Shown: positions 1-9,123 of the stretch, piece by piece
Position numbering within the stretch: the first letter of the stretch is position 1
Layout of the letters: every line of letters starts with the position of its first letter
NCBI GenBank assembly: GCA_963767005.1
Contig: CAVYCN010000007.1
Location: 91,121-155,120, forward strand
Source of the DNA: an uncultured Actinomycetes bacterium
GTDB lineage: Bacteria; Actinomycetota; Thermoleophilia; UBA2241
Length of the DNA stretch: 64,000 nucleotides
Reading direction: 5' to 3'
The notes under the pieces: generated by a model
The model's input: the letters and a program-made list of their open reading frames with translations, nothing else
Databases searched by the model: none
Told to the model about the DNA's origin: nothing
Position numbers and translations under genes: made by a program

Positions 1-48
1 GCCGACGTGGTCGTGAAGGACCTCGGCGAGGTCACGGTCACAGGGTAG
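1..48 (+). CDS. 3' end of a gene running in from the left edge; C-terminus resembles HAD / beta-phosphoglucomutase-family hydrolases
   Basis: Frame 1 reads ADVVVKDLGEVTVTG-stop; ADxVVxDL is a typical HAD C-terminus. Only 15 codons are visible. Confidence 0.4.
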   Translation, partial: ADVVVKDLGEVTVTG

Positions 49-103
49 GCAGTCCGGTCCGGCGCGGGGCGGCGCGATCGGCGAGACGCCCGCCGGCGCG
101 GGG

Positions 104-1378
104 TCAGGCCACGAACAGCCAGAGCGCGAAGCGCCCCGTCAGGTAGACGAGTGCGGCGCTCGATCCGATCAGCAGCACCGTGCGCAGCGTGCGACGCCGC
201 TCGGTGGCCACGCCGAGCGACGCGAAGAGCGGGAACGCGCAGAGCACGAAGCGCGGCATCGACATGAGGGGGATCTGGGCGCGCGGCTGCAGCAGCGGCA
301 CGACGATCAGGGTGGCGGCGTAGACGGTCCAGGTGGACGGCAACCGGCGCCAGCCGACGAGCAGCGCCCACACCGCGAAGACGAGCGCGAGGAACGAGAT
401 CAGGTTGACCACGGCGATCTCGTGCTGCACGAACGACAGCGCCTGCCCCGGGTAGGCCTGCAGCAGCGGCGCGGACCTGCCGGTCGCGATGTACCGCACG
501 GCATACCAGGCGGCGCGGGTGGCATGCCAGACGGTGGTGACCGGCGACGTCAGCTCCCGACCCCACTCGCTCTCCTGCGTCGACCAGGCGACCGGGTCGC
601 CGCCCACCCGCCACAGGTACAGACAGTAGCCGAGCAGACCGAGCGGCGGCAGCAGGAGCGCGGTGGCGCGCGCGCCACCGCGCCGGGCCGCCGCCTTGCC
701 GCCGCCGAAGTAGGTCATCAGCAGGGGCACGAGCAGCAGGATGCCGGTGACCCGGGTCAGCGTGGCGAGCAGGGCGGCCACGCCGGCCAGCACGAGCCGG
801 TCGCGGCGCAGGAACCAGAAGCAGGCGAGCGACAGCATGAGCAGGAGCGACTCGCTGTAGACGGCCTGAAAGAAGAACGAGGTCGGAAACAGCGACAGGA
901 AGGCGACCGCGCAGAGCGCCGCGCGGTGTCCGGCCTCGCGCTCGACCAGGCTGTAGAGCAGCAGGGCGGCGATGAGGAAGCAGACGGTCGAGACGGCGAT
1001 CCCGGCGAGCTCGTACCGGTGAGCGGCAAGCAGCGCGACGGCCCGCAGCGCCAACGGGTAGAGCGGGAAGAACGTGGCGTTCTGGCCGGCGGGATAGCCG
1101 GCCACGGCGACGTGCAGGAACCAGACGCCGTCGTAGTGGGCGAGCGGGTCGAGGGTGTCGCCGAGCACGCCGTGGAAGGCCTCGGCCACCGCCGGGTAGC
1201 GCAGCGCCGGGTTGACCGCGTGAGCCGTGAACAGGCGGGTCGTCGCCAGGCACGCGGCGGCGACCAGCAGCCGCGACGCGAGCGCCACGCCGAGCGCCGC
1301 GAGCGCCCAGCGGTCGGTCAGACCGGCGATCGCGGAGCGCGATCGCGAGCGTCGTCGATGTAGGGTCTCGACCGTCAT
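104..1378 (-). CDS. GT-C fold mannosyltransferase (PIG-V / Mannosyl_trans2-like) membrane protein
   Basis: Multi-TM protein with HYDGVWFLHVA..GY, FFPLYP, FPTSFF..AVYSESL and SMPRFVL..FP motifs. Start placed at ATG 1378 after a GAGGGGG SD. Confidence 0.8.
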   Translation of the reverse strand: MTVETLHRRRSRSRSAIAGLTDRWALAALGVALASRLLVAAACLATTRLFTAHAVNPALRYPAVAEAFHGVLGDTLDPLAHYDGVWFLHVAVAGYPAGQNATFFPLYPLALRAVALLAAHRYELAGIAVSTVCFLIAALLLYSLVEREAGHRAALCAVAFLSLFPTSFFFQAVYSESLLLMLSLACFWFLRRDRLVLAGVAALLATLTRVTGILLLVPLLMTYFGGGKAAARRGGARATALLLPPLGLLGYCLYLWRVGGDPVAWSTQESEWGRELTSPVTTVWHATRAAWYAVRYIATGRSAPLLQAYPGQALSFVQHEIAVVNLISFLALVFAVWALLVGWRRLPSTWTVYAATLIVVPLLQPRAQIPLMSMPRFVLCAFPLFASLGVATERRRTLRTVLLIGSSAALVYLTGRFALWLFVA

Positions 1379-1470
1379 CAGCCTCGCCCCCTCTTTCGAC
1401 ACGAGCACGCCATCTCCTGAGTCGCACGACCACGCCGGGCGACTCGCGGGCGGTCCCGGGTTTGAACCGC

Positions 1471-1507
1471 TTGACACGAGGAAAAGATGTGTCACGATAT
1501 ATCGCGA
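1471..1507 (+). promoter_or_regulatory. Housekeeping-sigma promoter of padR with overlapping palindromic operator
   Basis: TTGACA at 1471-1476, CACGAT at 1493-1498; palindrome TCaCGATATATCGcGA at 1492-1507 covers the -10. Confidence 0.6.
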
Positions 1508-1542
1508 TACGTACGCGAACCATCCGACCGGTGGAGGAGATC

Positions 1543-2202
1543 ATGACCATGTACGAGGAATCCCAGGGCGGGTCCGGCCCGGCCGAAGGTGGACCCGGCG
1601 AGGGCGGTTTCGGCGGCGAGGGCGGCCCGGGCGGCTTCGGCGGCGAGGGCGGCTTCGGCCGCTGGGCGCGCGGCGGACCCGGCGAGCGCCGCTTCCGCGA
1701 GGGCCACGGCCACTGCGGACCACGCGGTTTCGGGCCCCACGGCTTCGGCCCTCACGGTCGCGCCCGGCGCGGCAACGTGCGGGCCGCCATCCTGGCCGTG
1801 CTGGCCGAGCAGCCCATGCACGGCTACGAGATCATGCAGCAGCTCGAGTCGCGTAGCGGTGGCATCTGGCGGCCCAGCCCGGGCTCGGTCTACCCCACGC
1901 TCCAGCTCCTCGAGGACCAGGCCCTGATCAAGGGCGAGGACGTCGAGGGCCGTCGCGTGTTCTCGCTGACCGACGAGGGCAAGGCCGAGGCCGAGACGAT
2001 CACCCAGCAGGGCTCGCCGTGGGCGAGTCCCGAGGGCGGTCCCGGCGGCGCCCGATTCAAGCTGCGCGGCGGGATCAAGCAGCTCATGGCGGCCGTCATG
2101 CAGATCGGCGCAGCAGGCTCGCAGGAGCAGATCGACAAGACCCTCGAGATCCTCGCCGAGGCGCGCAAGCGCATCTACGCTCTACTCGCCGAAGACGCCT
2201 GA
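1543..2202 (+). CDS. PadR-family transcriptional regulator with Gly-rich N-terminus
   Basis: RGNVRAAILAVLAEQPMHGYEIMQQL...PSPGSVYPTLQLLED; GGAGG SD before ATG 1543. Confidence 0.9.
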   Translation: MTMYEESQGGSGPAEGGPGEGGFGGEGGPGGFGGEGGFGRWARGGPGERRFREGHGHCGPRGFGPHGFGPHGRARRGNVRAAILAVLAEQPMHGYEIMQQLESRSGGIWRPSPGSVYPTLQLLEDQALIKGEDVEGRRVFSLTDEGKAEAETITQQGSPWASPEGGPGGARFKLRGGIKQLMAAVMQIGAAGSQEQIDKTLEILAEARKRIYALLAEDA

Positions 2203-2209
2203 GCTTCGT

Positions 2210-2244
2210 GCGGGGCCGGCCGGCGAAGCGCCGGCCGGCCCCGC
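2210..2244. terminator. 16-bp GC hairpin between convergent padR and kinase genes
   Basis: GCGGGGCCGGCCGGCG-AAG-CGCCGGCCGGCCCCGC. Confidence 0.55.
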
Positions 2245-2309
2245 GTCGCGAGCGACGGGCGCGGGCCGGGCAAGCCCGGCCCGCGCCCGTCGCGCTCCCG
2301 CCCGACTTC

Positions 2310-4034
2310 TTAGAGGGCCGCCACCCAGATGGCGACGCCGGCGCCGCGCGCGACGAGCGTCCCCGCGGAGGGCCGCTGGCGCACGACGTCGCCGGGGAAC
2401 GTGCCGAGGCCGAGCGTGTCGTGGACCTGGACGCTGAACCCGGCGTGACGCAGCGCGGCGGCGGCACTGTCGCCCGACGCGCCCACGACGTCGGGTACCA
2501 CGACCTTCGCCGGGCCGCTGCTCACCCAGTAGCGTACGGTGCTCCCACGCAGCAGGCTGGTCGCGGTCGCGGGACTCTGCGCGACGACGCGCCCGCTCGG
2601 CACGGTGGTCGAGTGCCGCGACAGACGCCACGGCACGAAGCCGGCCGCGCGCAGGGCGGCGGCCGCGGCGCCCGCGCTCAGATCGACGACTCCGGGCACC
2701 GGCGGGTGCAGCAGGCCGCGGCTCACGACGAGCTGGACTGCCGCGCCCTTCTGCAGCGGCGTGCCGGCGGCCGGCCGTTCGGCCATGACCGTCCCGCGCG
2801 GATGCATGTCCGACAAGCCGCTCGAGAGCCCCACGACGAACCCCTTGTGGCGCAACGCGGCGACGGCCGGCGCCCGCGACAGGCCGACGACGGACGGCAG
2901 CGGGTGCGCCCGATCCGCCAAGCCGCGGTACACGAGCGCTCCTGCCGCCCCGGCCGCGACGAGACCAAGCGCCACGACGAGCAGGACGAGCCGGCGGCGA
3001 CGGCGCGGGCGGACACGTGCCGCAGCGACCCGCGTCGCCGCGGTGACGCCGGGCGCGGCGACCACGGTGAGCGCCGTCCCGGAAGCGACGCGCGTGGCCG
3101 GCGCCGACGCTTTGACGAGGGCCTCGGACGCGGCCGCCGGTGACGCGACCGGTCCGCCTGGTGCGGCCCGCTCATCCAACGCGACCGGCGAGCCGGCGCC
3201 GAGCTGGAGCCCGTCGAGGGCCCGCGTGAAGTCGCGCGCCGTCTGGAAGCGCGCCGCCGGGTCCTTGGCGAGCGCCCTGGCCACGATGGCGTCGAGGGCC
3301 GGCGGCAGGCCGGGAACGAGCTCGCTCGGGGCCGCCGGGGGCTCGGTCGCGTGGCGCAAGGCGATCGCGACGTCGCTGTCGCCGTCGAACGGCAGGCGGC
3401 CGCTGAGCATCTCGAACAGCACGACGCCGGCGGAGTACAGGTCGGAGCGCGCGTCCGCGGGCTCGCCGCGCGCCTGCTCGGGCGAGAGATAGCGTGACGT
3501 GCCCATGACGACGCCGGTCGCCGTGAGCTCGGACGACCCGAAGCGGGCGATGCCGAAGTCGGCGACCTTCACGCGGCCGTCGGGCGCGAGCAGCACGTTG
3601 TGGGCGGTCACGTCCCGGTGGACGATGCCGTGCTCGTGGGCCGCCTGGAGCGCGGCGAGAAGGCCGCGCTCGACGCGGCACGCGTCGGCCGGTGCGAGCC
3701 GGCCGCGACGCGCGATGAGCTGCTCGAGCGCCTCGCCCGGCACGTACTCCATCACGATGAACGACGTACCGTCGGCGCCGACCCGGTCGTGGATGGCGAC
3801 GACGTTCGGGTGGTTCAGGGCCGCCGCCGCCCGCGCCTCGCGCTGGAAACGCTCCACGAAGGCGGCGTCATCGGCGAATCGGGTACGCAGCACCTTGAGG
3901 GCCACGGGCCGCGCCAGCACGCCGTCGGTGGCCAGGAAGACTTCGGCCATGCCGCCGCCGCCGAGTCGTCGTTCGACGCGATATCGGCCGTCGATCAGCC
4001 GACCGGCGCGGACGGACGCGGCGGCGGAGCTCAC
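2310..4034 (-). CDS. PknB-like Ser/Thr protein kinase with TM helix and PASTA repeats
   Basis: LGGGGMAEV, VALKVL, HRDVTAHN, DFGIA, YLSPEQ and DLYSAG motifs, then a TM segment and about three PASTA repeats. Start GTG 4034 is inferred. Confidence 0.9.
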   Translation of the reverse strand: MSSAAASVRAGRLIDGRYRVERRLGGGGMAEVFLATDGVLARPVALKVLRTRFADDAAFVERFQREARAAAALNHPNVVAIHDRVGADGTSFIVMEYVPGEALEQLIARRGRLAPADACRVERGLLAALQAAHEHGIVHRDVTAHNVLLAPDGRVKVADFGIARFGSSELTATGVVMGTSRYLSPEQARGEPADARSDLYSAGVVLFEMLSGRLPFDGDSDVAIALRHATEPPAAPSELVPGLPPALDAIVARALAKDPAARFQTARDFTRALDGLQLGAGSPVALDERAAPGGPVASPAAASEALVKASAPATRVASGTALTVVAAPGVTAATRVAAARVRPRRRRRLVLLVVALGLVAAGAAGALVYRGLADRAHPLPSVVGLSRAPAVAALRHKGFVVGLSSGLSDMHPRGTVMAERPAAGTPLQKGAAVQLVVSRGLLHPPVPGVVDLSAGAAAAALRAAGFVPWRLSRHSTTVPSGRVVAQSPATATSLLRGSTVRYWVSSGPAKVVVPDVVGASGDSAAAALRHAGFSVQVHDTLGLGTFPGDVVRQRPSAGTLVARGAGVAIWVAAL

Positions 4035-4216
4035 CTGACCTGGGTCGCGCTCCTCGAGCGCGGGAGGCTCGTCGGTCAAGCCGGGGCACCTCTCGTGGGG
4101 TGAACGATAGGGGGCGGCCGCGTGGTGTGAGGCTGGCGGGCCGCTCCCGCTCCGTGGAGTCTTGTCGCAGTGTAGGGCATCGCGGCGGAGCCGTCGCCCC
4201 GGCACCGTTTCGGCGC

Positions 4217-4244
4217 TTGACACGAACACGTGTTCGTTTATACT
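4217..4244 (+). promoter_or_regulatory. SOS promoter: TTGACA/TATACT with a perfect Gram-positive LexA box in the spacer
   Basis: TTGACA 4217-4222, CGAAC-ACGT-GTTCG 4223-4236, TATACT 4239-4244. Confidence 0.85.
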
Positions 4245-4385
4245 GGGCCCGTTCGGGGGAGAAAGAGCGCCACAGACAGGCCTCGAGCCGCCCCCGACGG
4301 GCCGGTCTTCGGTCACGCCGCGCGACCGGCCGGTGGGCTCCTTGCGGCGTCACCTCTCCCTGTACGGCTCGAGCCGGGTGCACCC

Positions 4386-7300
4386 ATGAGCTTCGTCCAC
4401 CTTCACCTGCACACCAACTTCTCGCTCGGCGACGGCGCCGGCCGCATCGACGAGCTCGTGGCCGCCGCCAAGCGGGCGGGCATGCCGGCCCTGGCGATCA
4501 CCGACCACGACGGCCTCTACGGCGCCGTGCGCTTCTACCAGGCCTGCAAGGCGGCCGGCATCAAGCCCATCGTCGGCGTCGAGATCGCCGTCGAATCGAT
4601 CCTCGGCTCGGCGGCGCCCGAGGCCGCGACCCCCGACCACGCCGCGGCCGCCGCCATGGCCGCCGCGGCCGCCGAGGGCGCCCTCGTCCCCCACGTCTCC
4701 ACGACCGACCTCGCCCCCTCGCCGCCGCGCGGCCAGTTCGCCGCGGCCGGCTACCATCTCGTGCTGCTGGCCCGCGACTACCAGGGCTGGTCGCAGCTCT
4801 GCCGCATCGTCAGCGCCGCCCATCTCGAGCACCGCGGCGCGGCGCCCGTCGCCCGCGTCGCCACGATCGCCGCCGAGCACGACCACCTGATCGCCCTGTC
4901 GGGCTGCCGGCGCGGCGAGGTGAGCGCCCTGCTGGCCGCCGGCGACCAGCGGGGCGCCCGCCGCGCCGCGCGCCGCTACGCCGCGCTCTTCGCGCCCGGC
5001 GACTTCTTCATCGAGCTCATCGACGAGCTCACGCCCGACTCGGCCGGCTACGTTCAGCGCCTCGACCTGCTGGCCCGCGAGCTGCGCCTGCCCACGGTGG
5101 CCACCAACGACGTGCACTACCTCACACCGGCCGACGCGCCGCTGCACGACATCCTCGCCGCCGAGGCCGCCAACCAGCCGCTGCCCAACCCGCTCGGGCG
5201 GCGCAACAGCGAGCTCTCCCTCAAAAGCCCGGCCCAGATGTGGCGCCTCTTCTCGCGCTACCCGCAGGCCTACCGCAACGCCACGCGCATCGCCGCGCGC
5301 TGCAACCTCGATCTCGGCCTGGGCCGCCTGCTGTTCCCGGCCTACCCCCTGCCGCCCGGCGAGACCGCCTACTCGCTGCTTTGCAAGCACTGCTTCGCCG
5401 GCGCCGCCGCACGCTACAGCCCGGTCACGCCCGAGGTGCTCGAGCGCCTCGAACGCGAGCTCAAGGTCATCGAGGAGCTCGGCTTTGCCGAGTACTTCCT
5501 GGCGGTGCGCGACATCGTCGAGTTCACCCGCGGCCGCGGCATCTACTACTCGGGGCGCGGCTCGGCCGGCAACAGCATCGTGAGCTACGTGCTGCGCATC
5601 ACCGACGCCGACCCCATCAGAAACGACCTGCTCTTCGAGCGCTTCCTCAACCCCGCCCGGCGCGAGATGCCCGACATCGACATCGACTTCGAGTCGGCCC
5701 GCCGCGACGAGGTCATCGAGTACATCTACGAGCGCTTCGGCCACGACCGCGTCGCGATGGTCGCCAACGTCAACACGGTGCGCGCGCCGTCGGCCGTGCG
5801 CATCGTGGCACGCGCCTTCGACTTTCGCCCCGACGAGATCGACGCCCTGTCGCGCAAGGTGCCCTGGGGCAGCGCCGCCCACCTGTCCGAGATGCTGGCC
5901 GAGCGCCCCGAGCTTGCCGGGCACGAGTTCCAGAGCCCCCACTACAGCCGCCTCGTCCACCTGGCCGAGCGCCTCGCCGGCTTTCCCTACATCCTCGGCA
6001 CGCACCTCGGCGGCTTCATCCTCTCGCGCGACCCCATCACCGACCGCGTGCCGCTGCAGTGGGCGGCCAAGGGCGTGATCGTCGCCCAGTTCAACAAGGA
6101 CGACATCGAGACCCTCGGCCTCGTCAAGATGGACATCCTCGGTCTGCGCATGCACAGCGCGATCGCCGAGACGGTGCGGCTCATCGAGGCGCGCACCGGT
6201 GAGCACGTGTCGGCCTGGGAGCTGCCGCGCGACGACCCCGCCGTCTACAAGCTGATCAGCGAGGCGCGCACGATCGGCGTGTTCCAGCTCGAAAGCTCGG
6301 GCCAGCGCAACCTCGCCACGCGGCTACGCGAGAAGACCTTCGACGACGTGATCGCGGCCATCTCGCTGTTCCGCCCGGGCCCGCTGCAGGCCGAGATGAT
6401 CGGCCCCTTCATCCGCCGCCGCCATGGTCGCGAGAAGGCGGTGGTGCCCTACCCCGACCTGTGGCCGGCGCTCAAGGGCACCTACGGCGTGATCCTCTAC
6501 CAGGAACAGGTGATCGAGGTCGCCAGCATCATCGCCGGCTTCAGCCTGGCCGACGCCGACCTGCTGCGCCGCGCCATGACCCACGATCGCTCGCTCACCG
6601 AGATGGACGAGATCGGCCGTGACTTCGTCGACAAGGCGGTGGCGCGCGGCGTGCCGCGCGCGGCCGCCGAAGAGACCTTCCGCCAGCTCCGCGGCTTTGC
6701 CGCCTACGGCTTCAACAAGGCCCACGCCGCCTGCTTCGCCGTGGTCTGCAACGCGAGCGCCTGGCTCAAGGCGCACTACCCCGCCGAGTTCTTCTGCGGC
6801 CTGCTCGACAACCAGCCCATGGGCTTCTACTCGCCGCGGGTGGTGGTAAACGACGCGCGCCGCTGGGGCCTCGACGTGCTGCCGGTCGAGGTCAACGCGA
6901 GCCTGCCCGGTTTCTCGGTCGAGCGCGACGGGCGCGCCCTGCGCGTCGGCCTGGCCTACGTCAAGGAGATGAGCGGCGCGGCCGCCGCGGCGATCGTCGC
7001 CGGGCGCGCCCCCGAGCGCGGCGGTTCCTACCGCTCGCTGCCCGACTTCTGCCGGCGCGCCCGGGTGAGCGTCGAGATCGTCGTCAACCTCGTACGCGTC
7101 GGCGCCTTCGACGGCCTCGGCGCCCGCCGCGAGGAGCTGCTCGTACAGGTGCCGCTCGTGCACGCGCAGGTCATGGGCACCGTGGCCTCTCGCGGCGGGC
7201 GGGCGGCGGGCGGGGGAGGGGGTCCTGGCCGCGGCTTCGTCGCCGCGTCGCCTGCGCCGGCGGCAGGACCGCCCGGCGAGGCGCTGCGCCTGGCGATCGA

Positions 7301-7838
7301 CGACCGGCTCGGCGAGCTGTCGTTCGTGCCGTCGTGGAGCCCGCGCGAGCGGGTCGCCGTCGAGCTCGAGGTGCTCGGCCTCAACGTGAGCGACCACCCG
7401 CTCGCCTTCGTGCGCGCCGAACTCGACGGCCTCGGCGCCGTGCCCTTCGGCCGCCTCCACCTGGTACCCGACGGGCGCCGCGTCCGTGTGGCCGGCGTGC
7501 TCGAGCGCGCCCAGATGCCCTGGATCCGCAGCGGCCACCGCACCCTGTTCCTCACCCTCGAAGACGAATCCGGTCTCGCCGAGGTCGTCGTCTTCAACGA
7601 CGTCTATCTGCGCTACGGGCGAGTGCTCAAAGAGGCCGTCTACCTGCTGGTCGAAGGCGAGCTGCAGAACAACGACGAGCGCGGCCTGGCGATCGTCGCC
7701 GCCCGTGTCGTCGACCTCGAAGCGGAACTCGGCCGGCTGCGCGACCTGCCGGCCGACGAGCGCAACCGCGCCCTCAGGCGTTCCGACGAATGGCTGCCCA
7801 AGGTCGAGCCGCGCACGCGCCCGGGGCGCACCGGCTGA
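4386..7838 (+). CDS. dnaE2: DNA polymerase III alpha subunit, damage-inducible DnaE2-like paralogue
   Basis: PHP domain (HLHLHT, TDHDG, TNDVHY), GRGSAGNS, FERFLN, PDIDIDF, YGFNKAHA, NQPMGFY and a C-terminal OB fold; LexA box upstream. Confidence 0.85.
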   Translation: MSFVHLHLHTNFSLGDGAGRIDELVAAAKRAGMPALAITDHDGLYGAVRFYQACKAAGIKPIVGVEIAVESILGSAAPEAATPDHAAAAAMAAAAAEGALVPHVSTTDLAPSPPRGQFAAAGYHLVLLARDYQGWSQLCRIVSAAHLEHRGAAPVARVATIAAEHDHLIALSGCRRGEVSALLAAGDQRGARRAARRYAALFAPGDFFIELIDELTPDSAGYVQRLDLLARELRLPTVATNDVHYLTPADAPLHDILAAEAANQPLPNPLGRRNSELSLKSPAQMWRLFSRYPQAYRNATRIAARCNLDLGLGRLLFPAYPLPPGETAYSLLCKHCFAGAAARYSPVTPEVLERLERELKVIEELGFAEYFLAVRDIVEFTRGRGIYYSGRGSAGNSIVSYVLRITDADPIRNDLLFERFLNPARREMPDIDIDFESARRDEVIEYIYERFGHDRVAMVANVNTVRAPSAVRIVARAFDFRPDEIDALSRKVPWGSAAHLSEMLAERPELAGHEFQSPHYSRLVHLAERLAGFPYILGTHLGGFILSRDPITDRVPLQWAAKGVIVAQFNKDDIETLGLVKMDILGLRMHSAIAETVRLIEARTGEHVSAWELPRDDPAVYKLISEARTIGVFQLESSGQRNLATRLREKTFDDVIAAISLFRPGPLQAEMIGPFIRRRHGREKAVVPYPDLWPALKGTYGVILYQEQVIEVASIIAGFSLADADLLRRAMTHDRSLTEMDEIGRDFVDKAVARGVPRAAAEETFRQLRGFAAYGFNKAHAACFAVVCNASAWLKAHYPAEFFCGLLDNQPMGFYSPRVVVNDARRWGLDVLPVEVNASLPGFSVERDGRALRVGLAYVKEMSGAAAAAIVAGRAPERGGSYRSLPDFCRRARVSVEIVVNLVRVGAFDGLGARREELLVQVPLVHAQVMGTVASRGGRAAGGGGGPGRGFVAASPAPAAGPPGEALRLAIDDRLGELSFVPSWSPRERVAVELEVLGLNVSDHPLAFVRAELDGLGAVPFGRLHLVPDGRRVRVAGVLERAQMPWIRSGHRTLFLTLEDESGLAEVVVFNDVYLRYGRVLKEAVYLLVEGELQNNDERGLAIVAARVVDLEAELGRLRDLPADERNRALRRSDEWLPKVEPRTRPGRTG

Positions 7839-7857
7839 CGAGGCGTCAGGCCGGAGG

Positions 7858-7962
7858 CTTCGTCGCTGACGCTCAGGCAGGCGTGACTCCGTCGCGCGCC
7901 TAGTCCGTCATTCGACTTCGTCGCTGACGCTCAGGCAGGCGTGACTCCGTCGCGCGCCTAGT
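7858..7962 (+). repeat. Two identical 47-nt copies of a dispersed structured repeat, 11-nt gap
   Basis: CTTCGTCGCTGACGCTCAGGCAGGCGTGACTCCGTCGCGCGCCTAGT at 7858-7904 and 7916-7962. Confidence 0.95.
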
Positions 7963-8407
7963 ACGTGCGGTCCTCGTGGGTCAGCTTCTCGATCTCGCTC
8001 TTGAAGCGCTCCCACAGGCTGGCCTTGTCGGGCAGGATCTCGGCCGTTTCGGGCACGTCGCTGACGGGCAGGTCGCGGGCCTCCTCGGCGGTCATCGTCA
8101 GCCGCACGTGTCCGGGCTGGATGCTCGCCACCTTGTCCTGGCTCACGTAGCGCGGCCGGTCGAGCCAGTTGTGGACGAGGGCCGGGCCGCCGTGGTGGGC
8201 GATCTCCAGACCGTCGAAGATGTCGGCGTTCTCGTCGCCGGCCGGCAGGAACACCTCGCCGATCTCGTAGCCGTCGGCCGAGATCACCTTCCAGTGCGGC
8301 TCGATCGCCGTCCAGGCGACCGTGGTCTCCTCGGGGTCGGTCCCTTCGCCCGGCTGGCCGCCGGCCGTCTCGTCAGCGTCCGTACGCTCGTCGCCGTCGT
8401 CGCTCAT
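7958..8407 (-). CDS. Hypothetical acidic protein, PRC-barrel/DUF2171-like
   Basis: W..IEPHWKVISADGYEIGEV...DIFDGL; GGAGG SD; overlaps the stop of the upstream gene. Confidence 0.65.
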   Translation of the reverse strand: MSDDGDERTDADETAGGQPGEGTDPEETTVAWTAIEPHWKVISADGYEIGEVFLPAGDENADIFDGLEIAHHGGPALVHNWLDRPRYVSQDKVASIQPGHVRLTMTAEEARDLPVSDVPETAEILPDKASLWERFKSEIEKLTHEDRTY

Positions 8408-9123
8408 CGCGCCTCCTCGCTTGCCTTGGTGTCGTCTGCGGTTCTACCCACGACCGGGGGAGCAGTCCCGGCGCCCGCGCCCGCCGCCGCAGCGCCGCCC
8501 TCGTCCGCCTCGAGCGGCTCGCGGTCGTACCAGAATCGCTCCCAGGCGATGCGAGCAGTCAACGGTCCCGGCGTGCCGTCGTCGCCGCGCAGCCGCGCGT
8601 AGGCCAGGATCGCCGGTAGTGTCGCACACCAGGCCGCCCTGCCGCGCCGACCGAGCGCGAGGCTCGCGAGCGGCAGCCCCAGGGCGGCCACCATCACGCC
8701 CAGGGCGGCGCGTCTGGCGAGGGCACCGCCGACGACGGCCGGCAGCACGACGGCGGTGGCCGGCGGGTCGATCGCGAGGGCGGCGCCGAGCGCCGTGGCG
8801 GCACCGCGCCCACCCACCACGGTCACGTGGCCGACCACCGGAGCGACGGCGAAGGCGCCCGTCAGGCCCGGTCCCGTCCCGCAGCGGCGGGCCAGGGCGG
8901 CCGGCACGGCGCCCTTGGCGAGGTCGGCGGTCAAGGTCGCGGCGCCGGCTCTCCAGCCCAGCGTGCGCGCGACGTTGGCCGCGCCGGGCTTGCCGTCGCC
9001 GGCGTTGACGATGTCGGCCGCGCCTATGAGCCGGCTCACGATGCGGGCGCTGGGCACGCAGCCGAGGGCGAAGGCGGCCGGCAGGCCGACGGCGACGCAG
9101 GTCGTACGACGGAGGATGTTCAC
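8404..9123 (-). CDS. PlsY-like glycerol-3-phosphate acyltransferase (divergent)
   Basis: FALGCVPSA...DI..AGDGKPGAANVARTLG, DLAKG, VVGH..VGGRGAATALG; AAGGAGG SD before GTG 9123. Confidence 0.75.
   Translation of the reverse strand: MNILRRTTCVAVGLPAAFALGCVPSARIVSRLIGAADIVNAGDGKPGAANVARTLGWRAGAATLTADLAKGAVPAALARRCGTGPGLTGAFAVAPVVGHVTVVGGRGAATALGAALAIDPPATAVVLPAVVGGALARRAALGVMVAALGLPLASLALGRRGRAAWCATLPAILAYARLRGDDGTPGPLTARIAWERFWYDREPLEADEGGAAAAGAGAGTAPPVVGRTADDTKASEEAR

Noticed and set aside
4590-4750. Intein in the DnaE PHP domain
   Set aside because: The insert is a short Ala-rich low-complexity loop with no intein terminal motifs.
7858-7962. Possible CRISPR array
   Set aside because: Only two 47-nt units with an 11-nt gap, no cas genes, and the unit recurs singly elsewhere.
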